Assembly: GCA_030605765.1 (NCBI GenBank)
Contig: JAUWHP010000033.1
Span: 7,812 to 71,811, forward strand
Length of the DNA stretch: 64,000 nt
Direction: 5' to 3'
Source of the DNA: Dehalococcoidia bacterium
Lineage (GTDB): Bacteria; Chloroflexota; Dehalococcoidia; GIF9; AB-539-J10
The translations under genes and the position numbers were made by a program. This document shows positions 1-10,119 of the stretch, piece by piece. Under the pieces are notes generated by a model. The model was given only the letters and a program-made list of their open reading frames with translations, was not told the DNA's origin and did no database searches. Position 1 is the stretch's first letter. Each line of letters begins with the position of its first letter.

Positions 1-1
1 A

Positions 2-1651
2 GTGTTAGACGAAATTCGCCAGGCAAGTGGAGAGGTCATCTTGTTTATTGATGAGCTTCATACTGTAGTAGGAGCTGGGGCTGCTGAGGGAGCAATTGAT
101 GCCAGTAATATGCTGAAGCCGGCACTGGCTCGGGGCGAGCTCCAATGTATCTGGGCTACTACACTTGGTGAGTATCGAAAGCATATCGAGAAAGATGCGG
201 CCTTGGCCAGAAGGTTCCAACCTGTTTTCACTGGCGAACCCAGCGTGGATACAACCATAGAGATGCTCAGAGGGCTTCGTCCCCGATATGAAGCTCATCA
301 CAAGATAAAGATTGATGATTCTGCTCTGGTAGCTGCTGCCAAGCTATCCCAGCGATATATCTCGGATAGATTCTTGCCTGATAAGGCAGTGGATCTGATC
401 GATGAAGCAGCGAGCAAGTTGCGTATTGATATGGAGAGTGCTCCAGAGGAAGTTAAGAAACTGGATCGAGAAATGAAGCACCTGCGTGATGAAAGAGAGG
501 CTGCTTCGCAACGACAGGATTATCAGAAGGCGGCTGAGCTAAAAGCGGAAGCATTGAGATTGGAGCAGGAATACAATAATGCTAAACTCCAATGGCAACG
601 AGAAAGGAAAATCGATACTGTGGTGGATGAGGAGGATGTAGCTCAACTGGTGTCTCAGTGGACAGGTATTCCAACCTCTCGAATGCTTGAAGCTGAAACT
701 GAAAAATTGGTTCACATGGAGGAAAGGCTGCATGAAAGGATAGTAAATCAGATGGAGGCAGTAAAGTCTGTCTGTGAAGCTATACGGCGGGGTCGAGCTG
801 GACTTAAAGACCCCAAGCGCCCTATTGGTAGCTTCATTTTCCTTGGGCCCACTGGTGTAGGTAAGACAGAGCTGGCTCGAGCGTTAGCACAATGTCTCTT
901 TAATGATGAAGATGCTATGGTAAGGGTGGATATGTCGGAATATATGGAAAAACATACTGTATCTCGCCTTCTTGGTGCACCACCTGGCTATGTGGGGTAT
1001 GAGGAAGGCGGCCAGCTAACTGAGGCGGTGAGGCGCCGCCCTTATAGGGTTATTCTCTTCGATGAGGTAGAAAAGGCGCACCGTGATGTATTCAATATAT
1101 TACTGCAGCTACTGGAGGATGGTAGGCTTACAGATGGGCATGGCCGCACTGTAGATTTCAAGAACACAGTGGTGATTATGACCAGCAACCTGGGCACTGA
1201 GGAATTCCAGCGCCAAGCCGTCGGCTTTGGGCACAGAGATGAAACTGATGAACAAAGAATGAGGCAGACCGTAGAGAGTGCTTTGAAGCAAACTTTTCGC
1301 CCTGAGCTGCTTAACAGAATAGACGATGTCATTATATTCCATCCTTTGACTGAGGAACACTTGAAGAGTATCGTTGATCTGCTCATTCGTGGGGTGGGAA
1401 TGAAATTAGCTGAACGGAGTATCAAACTTGAAGTCGATGATAAAGCCAAAGCTTGGCTGGTAAAGAGAGGTTATGACCCGGTATATGGGGCTCGCCCCCT
1501 ACGCCGTGCTATTCAGAGGTATGTGGAAAACCCGTTATCAACCAGCATATTGCAGGGCGAATTCAAAGAAGGGGACACTGTAGCTATTGGCTTGCAAGAA
1601 GACAATCTTAACTTCACTAACCGCGAAAAACCGACTAGAAAACGCAAATGA
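2..1651 (+). CDS. ClpC/ClpB-family AAA+ chaperone, 5'-truncated at window edge
   Basis: Walker B ILFIDELH of AAA1, [14 protein letters not shown], short UVR-like coiled coil, AAA2 [28 protein letters not shown] loop. Confidence 0.95.
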   Translation: MLDEIRQASGEVILFIDELHTVVGAGAAEGAIDASNMLKPALARGELQCIWATTLGEYRKHIEKDAALARRFQPVFTGEPSVDTTIEMLRGLRPRYEAHHKIKIDDSALVAAAKLSQRYISDRFLPDKAVDLIDEAASKLRIDMESAPEEVKKLDREMKHLRDEREAASQRQDYQKAAELKAEALRLEQEYNNAKLQWQRERKIDTVVDEEDVAQLVSQWTGIPTSRMLEAETEKLVHMEERLHERIVNQMEAVKSVCEAIRRGRAGLKDPKRPIGSFIFLGPTGVGKTELARALAQCLFNDEDAMVRVDMSEYMEKHTVSRLLGAPPGYVGYEEGGQLTEAVRRRPYRVILFDEVEKAHRDVFNILLQLLEDGRLTDGHGRTVDFKNTVVIMTSNLGTEEFQRQAVGFGHRDETDEQRMRQTVESALKQTFRPELLNRIDDVIIFHPLTEEHLKSIVDLLIRGVGMKLAERSIKLEVDDKAKAWLVKRGYDPVYGARPLRRAIQRYVENPLSTSILQGEFKEGDTVAIGLQEDNLNFTNREKPTRKRK

Positions 1652-1670
1652 AGTAACTTAGCAGCTCGAC

Positions 1671-1730
1671 TATCGTCCTGAGTATGGTGGAGAATTTCAT
1701 ATCACTCAGGATAGGCTCCACGAAGAATCT
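1671..1730 (+). repeat. Degenerate REP-like palindromic element
   Basis: TCCTGAGT (1676-1683) / ACTCAGGA (1704-1711) inverted repeat; ends CGAAGAATCT, shared with the element at 30485-30513. Confidence 0.55.
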
Positions 1731-1845
1731 TTAGGAAGTTTTGGGTGCCTCTTTGCTCTGTTTAGAGCTTCAGCCCGGAGGTGCAGAATAAGAAATCCCG
1801 TAAATGTTGGTTTTACTCGCAGTTTTTCCTGTATAATGTGGGTTT

Positions 1846-2415
1846 GTGAAAAGATGGCTGAGTGAACGAGGAGCCATAATAAGTGGAGTTTCCTTTGCAG
1901 TCACTATAGTTCTGTGTATTTTCATTATTCAACATCGAAGCTATCTCGGGCAGATAGAGAGCTGGGGTTATATTGGTTGTTTTATCATAAACATCTTCAC
2001 TAGTGGGACTCTGGTTATGCCTGGTCTCGGCATGATTTTTACATTCACCCTGGGCGGGGTACTGAATCCTGTTATAGTTGGCATTGTAGCCGGGGTTGGT
2101 GAAGCGATAGGTGCCGTTGGTGCCTATTTTACTGGCTACGGTGGTAAAGGATTACTCCGAGACTGTAATAACTGTCTTTATACCCGGTTTACCAGTATGT
2201 TACAGCGCCATGGCTCTAAGGCTGTTTTTATCATGGCATCTGTTTTAAATCCCATCTATTATCCGTTTGCTGTGTTCATGGGCATGCTCCGTTTTGGTCT
2301 GACCAGGTTTTTCTTCCTGACGTGGGCGGGGCGGACGGTCAAAAACGTGATTCTGGCCTACCTGGGATACTTTGGCTTACGGTCTATATTACAATGGCTG
2401 GGCTTGAGTTTCTAG
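1846..2415 (+). CDS. DedA/VTT (SNARE-associated) family membrane protein
   Basis: Hydrophobic 189 aa; GEAIGAVGAYFTGYGG and RFFFLTWAGRTVK motifs; TATAAT 8 nt upstream of GTG. Confidence 0.8.
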   Translation: MKRWLSERGAIISGVSFAVTIVLCIFIIQHRSYLGQIESWGYIGCFIINIFTSGTLVMPGLGMIFTFTLGGVLNPVIVGIVAGVGEAIGAVGAYFTGYGGKGLLRDCNNCLYTRFTSMLQRHGSKAVFIMASVLNPIYYPFAVFMGMLRFGLTRFFFLTWAGRTVKNVILAYLGYFGLRSILQWLGLSF

Positions 2416-2457
2416 CTTGAGTTTCTCTGCCTCTTTTGCTATATTTACTAAGTTGGA

Positions 2458-2533
2458 GGGGCTGTAGCTCAATTGGGAGAGCGTTTGACTGGCAGTCAAA
2501 AGGTAGAGGGTCCGAATCCCTCCAGCTCCACCA
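2458..2533 (+). tRNA. tRNA-Ala(GGC)
   Basis: GGGGCTG/CAGCTCC acceptor with G3:U70, anticodon arm TTTGA-CTGGCAG-TCAAA, encoded CCA. Confidence 0.97.
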
Positions 2534-2708
2534 AGGATATCAATAGGTAGAAGCCCTACTTGTTCCGTCGGCGTATCTTGTGGCAGAGGCAAGTTATGGA
2601 GTGGCGTAACCTGGTCTTTATTCACCTGGATATTTAGCAGTCGGCCCCTTAGAACAAAGCTGCTTCATTGCGAGCCGTTCCAGTTTCTGCACCGAAGGCT
2701 CTGTGGCA

Positions 2709-4460
2709 TCAATTTACCTGCTGCTTATAGACTACTCTGCCTTCTAGCAATGTCATTACGACTTTTGTCTCTAGAATCCTTTCAACGGGGATTTCGAAAA
2801 GGTTGTTGTCAAGAACAACTAAGTCTGCCTTTTTCCCCACTTCAATAGAACCTGTTTCCTTTTCCAGGAAATTTGCATACGCGCCGTTTATGGTAAAACT
2901 CGCAATCAGATCATCAAGGCCGACTCTCTCCTCAGGCCATAAAACTCCACTTTCGCCTTCCTTAAGCACCTTACTTGGGTCAGTTGTTGCTCCAGGGGCT
3001 GACCGCACCATGCCAATGTAAATGCCTGCCATCGGGTGCATAAATGGAGTTGCTTTGTGTGTAGAAGGGTCAGTGCTGGGTACCGGGAAATCGCTTGCGG
3101 CAGCCATCACAACCCCTGCATCCATAAGGCTCTTCATTGGATATTCTTTATCCGCCCTTTCTTTTCCCAGACACGGCAGCTGGAGAGTCCAGTAATAGTC
3201 ATCTTTCATAAACCAGTATGGTTGTGGAAGACCGACAACCCCAAGTTTACCCATCCTTTTTATATCTTCGGGCGTAACAAGCTGCAGGTGAGTTATGCTA
3301 TGGCGTGAATCTCTCTTACCATTGACTCTCTGCGCATATTCAAAAGCGTCAAGTGTCATACGTGTTGCTGCATCGCCAATTGCGTGAACATGAACCTGAA
3401 ACCCAGCTTTATCAAAAGCAGCAACGGCTTCTCGATATGCTTTAGGGTCCAAACTGAATTCTTCGCCGCAGCTATCAGGCTTATTTGTATAAGGCTCAAG
3501 AAGATAGGCGGTTCCTGCTTCAATCACTCCATCAGCGAAAAACTTCACGGCATTGACCTGGAATAAATCACCTGTATATTTTTTACTTTGTTCACGAAAC
3601 GCTGCAATCTGCTGTGCTACGTCTCTTTCAGGTATCTCTATCCATGACCCCCTGTAGCGAAGCGTAAGGCGGCCTTCTTTGCGAAGTTCTTCAATCGCCT
3701 GTGCGCCATTGTCACTTGCAGGATACTGTGTGCCTCCCAGCTTGTGGGGAAGTGCAGGATCGTGCACTGTTGTCAACCCCAGGGCATTTGCCGCTTCCTG
3801 AAATAGAGTAAGTCCCTCCCTGTAGTCTTCCACTGAGAAATCGGGAAGGCGTTTAGTTACCAGGCCCATCGCGCTCTCTTTCAATACCCCCGTAGGTTCA
3901 CCTGTCTCCGAATTCCTTTCAAGAGCTCCGCCTTGAGGATCAGGCGTGTCTTTCGTTATCCCTGCCATCTCAAGCGCTTTTGAGTTGGCCCATAGTGAGT
4001 GGCCATCTTCTGAAGTTAGAACTACGGGACGTCCAGGGGCTATACTGTCCAGAAGTTCTTTTTTGGGCCCTTCCACTCCAAAGACTGTATTACTCCAGCC
4101 ATTGCCCTGGATTACGGAAAGCTCAGGGTTAGCTGCAGCAAATTCACTAACTGCTTTCTCATAGGCTTTTATTGAATCGAGGCCGACGAGATGTGCTGTT
4201 TTGGTCAGTATTACCGCACCTATTGAAGCATGACAGTGGGCGTCAAAGAATCCTGGCAGAAGCATTTTTCCCTCAAGGTCGATAACTCTAGTATCAGTGT
4301 CTATGTATGGTGCAAGGCCATCATTTTTGCCAACATATACTATCAATCCATCGCGAATGGCTACAGCCTCAGCCCAGTTCCTTGCCACATCAACTGTGTA
4401 AACAGCTCCTTTCTTGAATACTAGATCTGCTGTCGGTTCTTTTGGTTTTGCCCCTTTCAT
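2709..4460 (-). CDS. Amidohydrolase, YtcJ/amidohydrolase_3 family
   Basis: PGFFDAHCH, KFFADG, HVHAIGD, SDFP and GSIEVGKKADLVVL motifs; GGAGG RBS. Confidence 0.92.
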   Translation of the reverse strand: MKGAKPKEPTADLVFKKGAVYTVDVARNWAEAVAIRDGLIVYVGKNDGLAPYIDTDTRVIDLEGKMLLPGFFDAHCHASIGAVILTKTAHLVGLDSIKAYEKAVSEFAAANPELSVIQGNGWSNTVFGVEGPKKELLDSIAPGRPVVLTSEDGHSLWANSKALEMAGITKDTPDPQGGALERNSETGEPTGVLKESAMGLVTKRLPDFSVEDYREGLTLFQEAANALGLTTVHDPALPHKLGGTQYPASDNGAQAIEELRKEGRLTLRYRGSWIEIPERDVAQQIAAFREQSKKYTGDLFQVNAVKFFADGVIEAGTAYLLEPYTNKPDSCGEEFSLDPKAYREAVAAFDKAGFQVHVHAIGDAATRMTLDAFEYAQRVNGKRDSRHSITHLQLVTPEDIKRMGKLGVVGLPQPYWFMKDDYYWTLQLPCLGKERADKEYPMKSLMDAGVVMAAASDFPVPSTDPSTHKATPFMHPMAGIYIGMVRSAPGATTDPSKVLKEGESGVLWPEERVGLDDLIASFTINGAYANFLEKETGSIEVGKKADLVVLDNNLFEIPVERILETKVVMTLLEGRVVYKQQVN

Positions 4461-4630
4461 TTTCCCTCCTTGAATTTATGACGGGCTGTTATTTATTGTC
4501 CAGCTAACTTTTGAGTTTAGCAGATTTTGCAGTATCGATAAAGAGCATGAAGCCGGATTGTGCAGTAATTTTTAGAAATCTCTGACTCTGTAAGAACTCT
4601 TCTGCGAATAAAGCTAGCCAGATAGCTATA

Positions 4631-4762
4631 ATATGGCTCTAACAGGCAAGCATCGGAAAATGGGAAAAAAGAAGTGGCAGGGGAGATGCGCAGACAACTG
4701 TGTTTATGAAGCCACGGGGGATAGCAGTCGCCAAAGAATTTGTGCCTTGACCGTACCCCTTT
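4631..4762 (+). pseudogene. Degenerate duplicate of the leuS 5' end
   Basis: KKWQGRCADNCVYEATGDSSRQRICALT aligns to LeuS KKWQAKWAADHIYEVTEDSSRPKFYALT; DNA identity blocks AAAAGAAGTGGCAG, GGATAGCAGTCGCC, TGCCTTGAC. Confidence 0.8.
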
Positions 4763-5105
4763 GTTTTTTGCTCTCGTGCTCTCTATATACACGCTGCCCC
4801 TGTGATATAATGCATATGTTGGCTTTCAAATGCTCATCTCTTAGGGGTTTGGTTGCTGTATTTGGCAAGGCTGCCAGAGATGATGATATGCTTAGGTCCG
4901 CCGGTGAAACTGCTGCCAAATTTGCCCGTACTCTCAAGGGCAAAGCTGACTTGCTATGTGTTGCAGAGGCACCATATAGGTTAGAGTGGAACGAACAATG
5001 GCCCTGCCTCAAAGAGAAGTTCAGACAAGAGCTAAATGGAATGGGAGTTAACATTAGCTCTGTATGAGCTTTTAATTTACCGTGAGTGTGTCAAATTTTT
5101 AGCAT

Positions 5106-7550
5106 ATGGTTCTAAAATACAATCCTCAGGAAATAGAAAAGAAGTGGCAGGCCAAATGGGCAGCTGACCACATTTATGAGGTCACAGAGGATAGCAGTCG
5201 CCCAAAATTCTATGCCTTGACTATGCTTCCTTACACCTCTGGAGACCTTCATATCGGGCATTGGTATGCCATGGCTCCTTCAGATGTATATGCTAGATTC
5301 AAGAGAATGCAGGGATACAATGTGCTCCACCCTATGGGCTTTGATGCTTTTGGATTGCCCGCAGAGAATGCTGCTATCAATCATGGTATACACCCTTATG
5401 ATTGGACAATGAGAAATGTAGAGCATATGCGACATCAGCTCAAGGGCATAGGGGCGATCTATGACTGGAACCGAGAGGTGATTAGCTGTCTCCCGGAGTA
5501 TTATAGGTGGACACAATGGTTTTTCTTGAAATTTTATCACGCTGGCCTGGCTTACCGTGCTAAAGCACCAGTCAACTGGTGCCCTAGCTGCCAAACAGTG
5601 TTAGCTAATGAACAGGTGGTGAGTGAGGGATTTTGTGAGCGTTGTGGCAGCCAGGTGACCAAGAAAGACTTGGAACAGTGGTTTTTCAAAATTACCAGAT
5701 ATGCTGAGGAACTTCTTGACTTTAACGATATAGATTGGCCAGAGCGTATAAAGACAATGCAGAGGAATTGGATTGGCAGGAGCGAAGGTGCTGAGATTTC
5801 CTTCAAATTGGAACACGAGGGCATAGAATCGAAGGAGCTAAGAGCATTCACCACTCGCCCTGATACTATTTTTGGTGTGACTTTCTTCCTTCTTGCTCCA
5901 GAGCATCCTTTAGTTCTTCAATTGACTGCCCCGGGGCGCAGAGGTGAGGTGGAGGAATATATTGCCTGGTGTCGGCGGCAAAGCGAATATGAACGTGCAG
6001 CTATGGGTAGAGAGAAAACAGGGGTCTTTCTGGGAAGCTATGTCGTCAATAGGCTAAGTGGTGAGAAGATACCCATCTGGATTACTGACTATGTCTCGTT
6101 GACTTATGGCACGGGAGCAGTGATGGGCGTCCCAGCTCATGATGAACGAGATTTTGAATTTGCCAGAAAATTTAACCTTCCTGTTCGAACTGTTATTGCC
6201 CCTCCTGGTTGGGCGGGCGAGGAATTAATGGAATCATACAGTGGTACAGGCATGATGGTAAATTCTGGAGAATTTAGTGGTTTATCCAGTGAGCAAGGAT
6301 GCTGTGAGATTTGTGATTTGCTGGAGAACAAGGGATGGGGTAAACGCGCTGTCACTTATCGCATTCGCGATTGGCTTATCTCCAGGCAGAGGTATTGGGG
6401 GGCACCTATTCCTATGGTTTATTGTAACAAGTGTGGCATTGTTCCTGTGCCTGAGAAAGACTTGCCTGTCTTACTTCCTCCCAATGCGGAATTCAAGCCC
6501 ACCGGGGAATCCCCCCTTAAACATTGCCAGTCGTTTGCTAATACTACTTGCCCTAGGTGTTCTGGGCCAGCGCAACGGGAAGTTGACACAATGGATACGT
6601 TTATGTGCTCCAACTGGTATTTCTTACGTTATACGAACCCCAAAATTGACAATGCTCCCTTTGAGGCTGAAAAGCTGGGGTATTGGCTGCCTGTGGATTT
6701 ATATACTGGAGGCGCTGAACATGCTGTCATGCACCTCCTTTATGCCCGTTTTTTCATTAAGGCAATTAGAGATATGGGATTGGTTGATTTCGATGAACCG
6801 TTCACTCGCCTTTTTAATCAGGGAACGATAATCTACCTCGGTGACAAAATGAGTAAATCAAAGGGCAATGTAATTGCTCCAGATGAATATGTGGCTGAAT
6901 TGGGAGCCGATGCTGTCCGTGCGTATCTCATGTTTATCGGACCATGGGAATTGGGTGGGGAGTGGAGTGATAGTGGGCTTGTAGGCATAAGCAGGTGGCT
7001 AAATCGAACGTGGGGTTTGATAGAAAGCGACTATACTAGCGAGGTGGTTGAACAAGCGGTGGAAAAAGAACTTCTTCATGTCATTCATAAAACCATTAAA
7101 AAGGTAAGTGAGGATTTGGGAAAATTCCGCTTTAACACTATGTTAGCTAGCCTGATGGAATTTACTAATTATCTGTTAAAAATACAGCAACCAGGGCATG
7201 TGTCCGTATTGCTGTGGCAGGAAGCTATCACGTATTTACTGCTGCTTCTGGCTCCTACTGTCCCTCATCTGGCTGAAGAGCTGTGGGTTAGAACTGGTCA
7301 CTCTTATAGCATTCATAGTCAATCTTGGCCTAATTGGGATGAAGAGCTAGTTAAAGAGGAGAGAATCACTTTGATTATCGAGGTAAACGGTAAATTACGA
7401 GATAGACTGCTTGTGCCTGTTTCCATAACTGAAGCCGAGGCCAAGGAATTAGCGCTGGGCCAGGAGAAAATAATGGCTCACACTAATGGAAAGGAGATTC
7501 ATAAGATCATTTATGTTCCTGGGCGAGTGGTGAATATTGTAGCGAAGTGA
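5106..7550 (+). CDS. leuS: Leucine--tRNA ligase
   Basis: HIGH (LHIGH), KMSKS, FTTRPDT editing domain. Confidence 0.99.
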   Translation: MVLKYNPQEIEKKWQAKWAADHIYEVTEDSSRPKFYALTMLPYTSGDLHIGHWYAMAPSDVYARFKRMQGYNVLHPMGFDAFGLPAENAAINHGIHPYDWTMRNVEHMRHQLKGIGAIYDWNREVISCLPEYYRWTQWFFLKFYHAGLAYRAKAPVNWCPSCQTVLANEQVVSEGFCERCGSQVTKKDLEQWFFKITRYAEELLDFNDIDWPERIKTMQRNWIGRSEGAEISFKLEHEGIESKELRAFTTRPDTIFGVTFFLLAPEHPLVLQLTAPGRRGEVEEYIAWCRRQSEYERAAMGREKTGVFLGSYVVNRLSGEKIPIWITDYVSLTYGTGAVMGVPAHDERDFEFARKFNLPVRTVIAPPGWAGEELMESYSGTGMMVNSGEFSGLSSEQGCCEICDLLENKGWGKRAVTYRIRDWLISRQRYWGAPIPMVYCNKCGIVPVPEKDLPVLLPPNAEFKPTGESPLKHCQSFANTTCPRCSGPAQREVDTMDTFMCSNWYFLRYTNPKIDNAPFEAEKLGYWLPVDLYTGGAEHAVMHLLYARFFIKAIRDMGLVDFDEPFTRLFNQGTIIYLGDKMSKSKGNVIAPDEYVAELGADAVRAYLMFIGPWELGGEWSDSGLVGISRWLNRTWGLIESDYTSEVVEQAVEKELLHVIHKTIKKVSEDLGKFRFNTMLASLMEFTNYLLKIQQPGHVSVLLWQEAITYLLLLLAPTVPHLAEELWVRTGHSYSIHSQSWPNWDEELVKEERITLIIEVNGKLRDRLLVPVSITEAEAKELALGQEKIMAHTNGKEIHKIIYVPGRVVNIVAK

Positions 7551-7560
7551 GAAAAGGAAA

Positions 7561-8352
7561 ATGAGAATAACTTTTGTTGGTGGTGGGACTATGGGGGGAG
7601 CAATGATAAGATGCCTTCTTAGACAAAAGATTACTGCCCCTGGAGATATTATGGTTAGCGACGTGAGCCAATCGCGACGAGAGTTGCTAAAAAGAGAATA
7701 TGGTGTGAACACCTTAGCTGATAACAGAGAAGCAGTGGAAAGTGCTGACTTAATTATCTTGGCGGTAAAGCCTCAGGATTTAGCTCAAGTGATGGAGGAA
7801 ATAGAAAACCCCGCGCCACAGCAAGTTGTATTATCCATAGTAGCCGGTGCTAGCTTAGCTGCTCTATGTCGTGGCTTGAACCACCCTTGTATAATTCGGG
7901 CTATGCCCAATATGCCAGCGCAAATTGGCGAAGGAATGGTTGTATGGGTAGCAACAACCGAAGTTAACCAAAAACAGAAAGAGATGGCTCAATCTGTCCT
8001 TGGTGCTTTGGGTGAGGAAATTTATGTTGATGATGAAAAGTATTTGGACATGGCTACAGCTTTAAGTGGGAGTGGTCCAGCCTATGTGTTTCTTTTCATC
8101 GAGGCACTGATTGATGCTGGGGTTCATATTGGTTTACCACGCAATATGGCAAAGAAGCTGGTGGTACAGACGATAATTGGTTCCACTGACACTGTTCAAA
8201 AAATGGACAAACACCCTGCAGAGCTAAGAAGTATGGTTACTTCACCGGGAGGTACGACTACTGAGGCTCTTGTTCAATTAGAAAGAGGATGTTTCCGTTC
8301 GCTTCTTCTTGAAGCTGTCGTTGCCGCTTATAGTAAAGCTAAGCATCTTTAG
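7561..8352 (+). CDS. proC: Pyrroline-5-carboxylate reductase
   Basis: GGGTMG, LAVKPQ, RAMPN, SGSGPAY, VTSPGGTT. Confidence 0.98.
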   Translation: MRITFVGGGTMGGAMIRCLLRQKITAPGDIMVSDVSQSRRELLKREYGVNTLADNREAVESADLIILAVKPQDLAQVMEEIENPAPQQVVLSIVAGASLAALCRGLNHPCIIRAMPNMPAQIGEGMVVWVATTEVNQKQKEMAQSVLGALGEEIYVDDEKYLDMATALSGSGPAYVFLFIEALIDAGVHIGLPRNMAKKLVVQTIIGSTDTVQKMDKHPAELRSMVTSPGGTTTEALVQLERGCFRSLLLEAVVAAYSKAKHL

Positions 8353-8375
8353 ATTTAGAGAAGCTATAGATTACG

Positions 8376-9296
8376 ATGGATTCGCTTTTTGAATACCGCA
8401 ATTGCCCTAATTGTGGGTGCAACGATTTTACTGTGCTATTCGACTCTAATATGAAACAAGATGATTTCCAAGAGGGCGTAGAGAGTGTATATATGCTACC
8501 TGGCGATGAATATGGAAGGCATGTCAAATGCCGGAATTGCCAGCTTGTATATGTAAATCCCATTGAGAAGGAAACCAAAATTAACGAAGATTACTCTAAA
8601 AGAAAGAGTGCTGATGTCTCTATTATTCGCGAGAGCCGCTTGCGGGCCTCTAAAGCACAGGTAGAATTGATTAAAAGATATAAGACTGACGCAAATCTTT
8701 TAGATATAGGTTGTGGTGAGGGTTTTTTTCTGTTTAATGCTTCCAAAGCTGGCTATAGCACTAAAGGAGTTGAATTATCACGGGATGCTGCGTTATACGC
8801 AAGAAGAGAATTCAGCTTGGAAGTGGAGGCAACAGCCTTCGAGGGACTGGAATTTCCAGCAAATTGTTTCGATGTAGTTACCCTGTGGCAGGTTCTGGAA
8901 CACGTGCCACAGCCACTCATGATTCTTAAAGAAGTTCACAGAACACTTAAGCCTGGAGGGCTGTTGGCGGCATCAACCCCGGATATCAATGGAGTGCCAG
9001 CGAAGATTTTGCGTAAGAGATGGTGGAATATAAGAAGACTCCATATCAATCAATTTACCCCAGGAACTCTTAGCAGCATCCTCAGAAATGCTGGGTTCAA
9101 AAACATAACCCTTACCTCTTATAGGGAATCTATAAGCTTACTTATGCTATTCATACCAATACTAAAGCACCTGAAGGTATATAAACCGTTAGAAGTTTTG
9201 TTTTACCCCAGCTCTATTATGGGCAGAATTATGAATAGGATCGTATTAACATACCCTGCCAGGCTTGATAATTGTACGGTGGTCGGTTTCAAATAA
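8376..9296 (+). CDS. Class I SAM-dependent methyltransferase with N-terminal Zn-ribbon
   Basis: CPNC...CRNC, LLDIGCGEG, FDVVTLWQVLEHV, LKPGG. Confidence 0.9.
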   Translation: MDSLFEYRNCPNCGCNDFTVLFDSNMKQDDFQEGVESVYMLPGDEYGRHVKCRNCQLVYVNPIEKETKINEDYSKRKSADVSIIRESRLRASKAQVELIKRYKTDANLLDIGCGEGFFLFNASKAGYSTKGVELSRDAALYARREFSLEVEATAFEGLEFPANCFDVVTLWQVLEHVPQPLMILKEVHRTLKPGGLLAASTPDINGVPAKILRKRWWNIRRLHINQFTPGTLSSILRNAGFKNITLTSYRESISLLMLFIPILKHLKVYKPLEVLFYPSSIMGRIMNRIVLTYPARLDNCTVVGFK

Positions 9297-9300
9297 GATG

Positions 9301-9567
9301 CTAAGCAGTGGTTGGGGTCTGACCAGGGTTTTGCTTGTGCCATTTTTCCAAAAGTTGCTCATGTGTTTCTTTGTGGTCGGAATCAGGGACACAGCAATCT
9401 ACAGGGCAAACTTCAGCGCACTTAGGTGATTCAAACCAGCCCACACATTCTGTGCATTTGGCTGGGTTAATAACGTAAATCTCCTCGCCTTCACTAATTG
9501 CCTCATTCTTGCACTCCGATTCACAAGCACCACAACTAATACACTCATCAGTAATTTTATATGCCAT
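9301..9567 (-). CDS. 2[4Fe-4S] ferredoxin, YfhL family
   Basis: CISCGAC...C and CTECVG...CAEVCP motifs; GGAGG RBS. Confidence 0.95.
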   Translation of the reverse strand: MAYKITDECISCGACESECKNEAISEGEEIYVINPAKCTECVGWFESPKCAEVCPVDCCVPDSDHKETHEQLLEKWHKQNPGQTPTTA

Positions 9568-9603
9568 CTTTGAATCGCCTCCTTAAATTTTATATGCCTT
9601 ATT

Positions 9604-10119
9604 TTAACAGCTAGTCTCGTTTTTCGAAACCGGGGGAGCCTTTGCTGAGAATTTCTCTTTCAAGGCAATGGCAACATGGTCAGGAATCATGTCCTTAAGA
9701 CAACCTCCTAACCTAGCTACTTCTTTAATCAAGCTAGAGCTAAGGAATTGGTATTCAGAGCTTGTCATCAAACAAATTAGCTCGATGTCAGGCGCTAGTT
9801 TTTTATTCATCAGCGCTATTTCGAATTCCCGCTCGAAATCAGAGATTGCTCTTAACCCCCGTATCATGACTGTTCCCTTTACCTCATGAATCAAGTCAGC
9901 AGTGAGCCCAGTATAGGCTCTAACATATACATCAGGCAGATCAGCCACTACTTTTTTTACCATGTCTACCCTTTCCGTGATGGAGAAAAGCAGCTGTTTA
10001 TCAGGCTTGTCATAAACGCCGATAACCAACTTCTCAAAAATGTTTGATGCTCGTTTAATAATATCAGCATGACCGCTGGTGATGGGGTCAAAGGTGCCAG
10101 GATAAACTGCGATTGTCAT
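9604..10119 (-). CDS. coaD: Pantetheine-phosphate adenylyltransferase
   Basis: YPGTFDPITSGH, IRGLR, SSS motifs. Confidence 0.98.
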   Translation of the reverse strand: MTIAVYPGTFDPITSGHADIIKRASNIFEKLVIGVYDKPDKQLLFSITERVDMVKKVVADLPDVYVRAYTGLTADLIHEVKGTVMIRGLRAISDFEREFEIALMNKKLAPDIELICLMTSSEYQFLSSSLIKEVARLGGCLKDMIPDHVAIALKEKFSAKAPPVSKNETSC

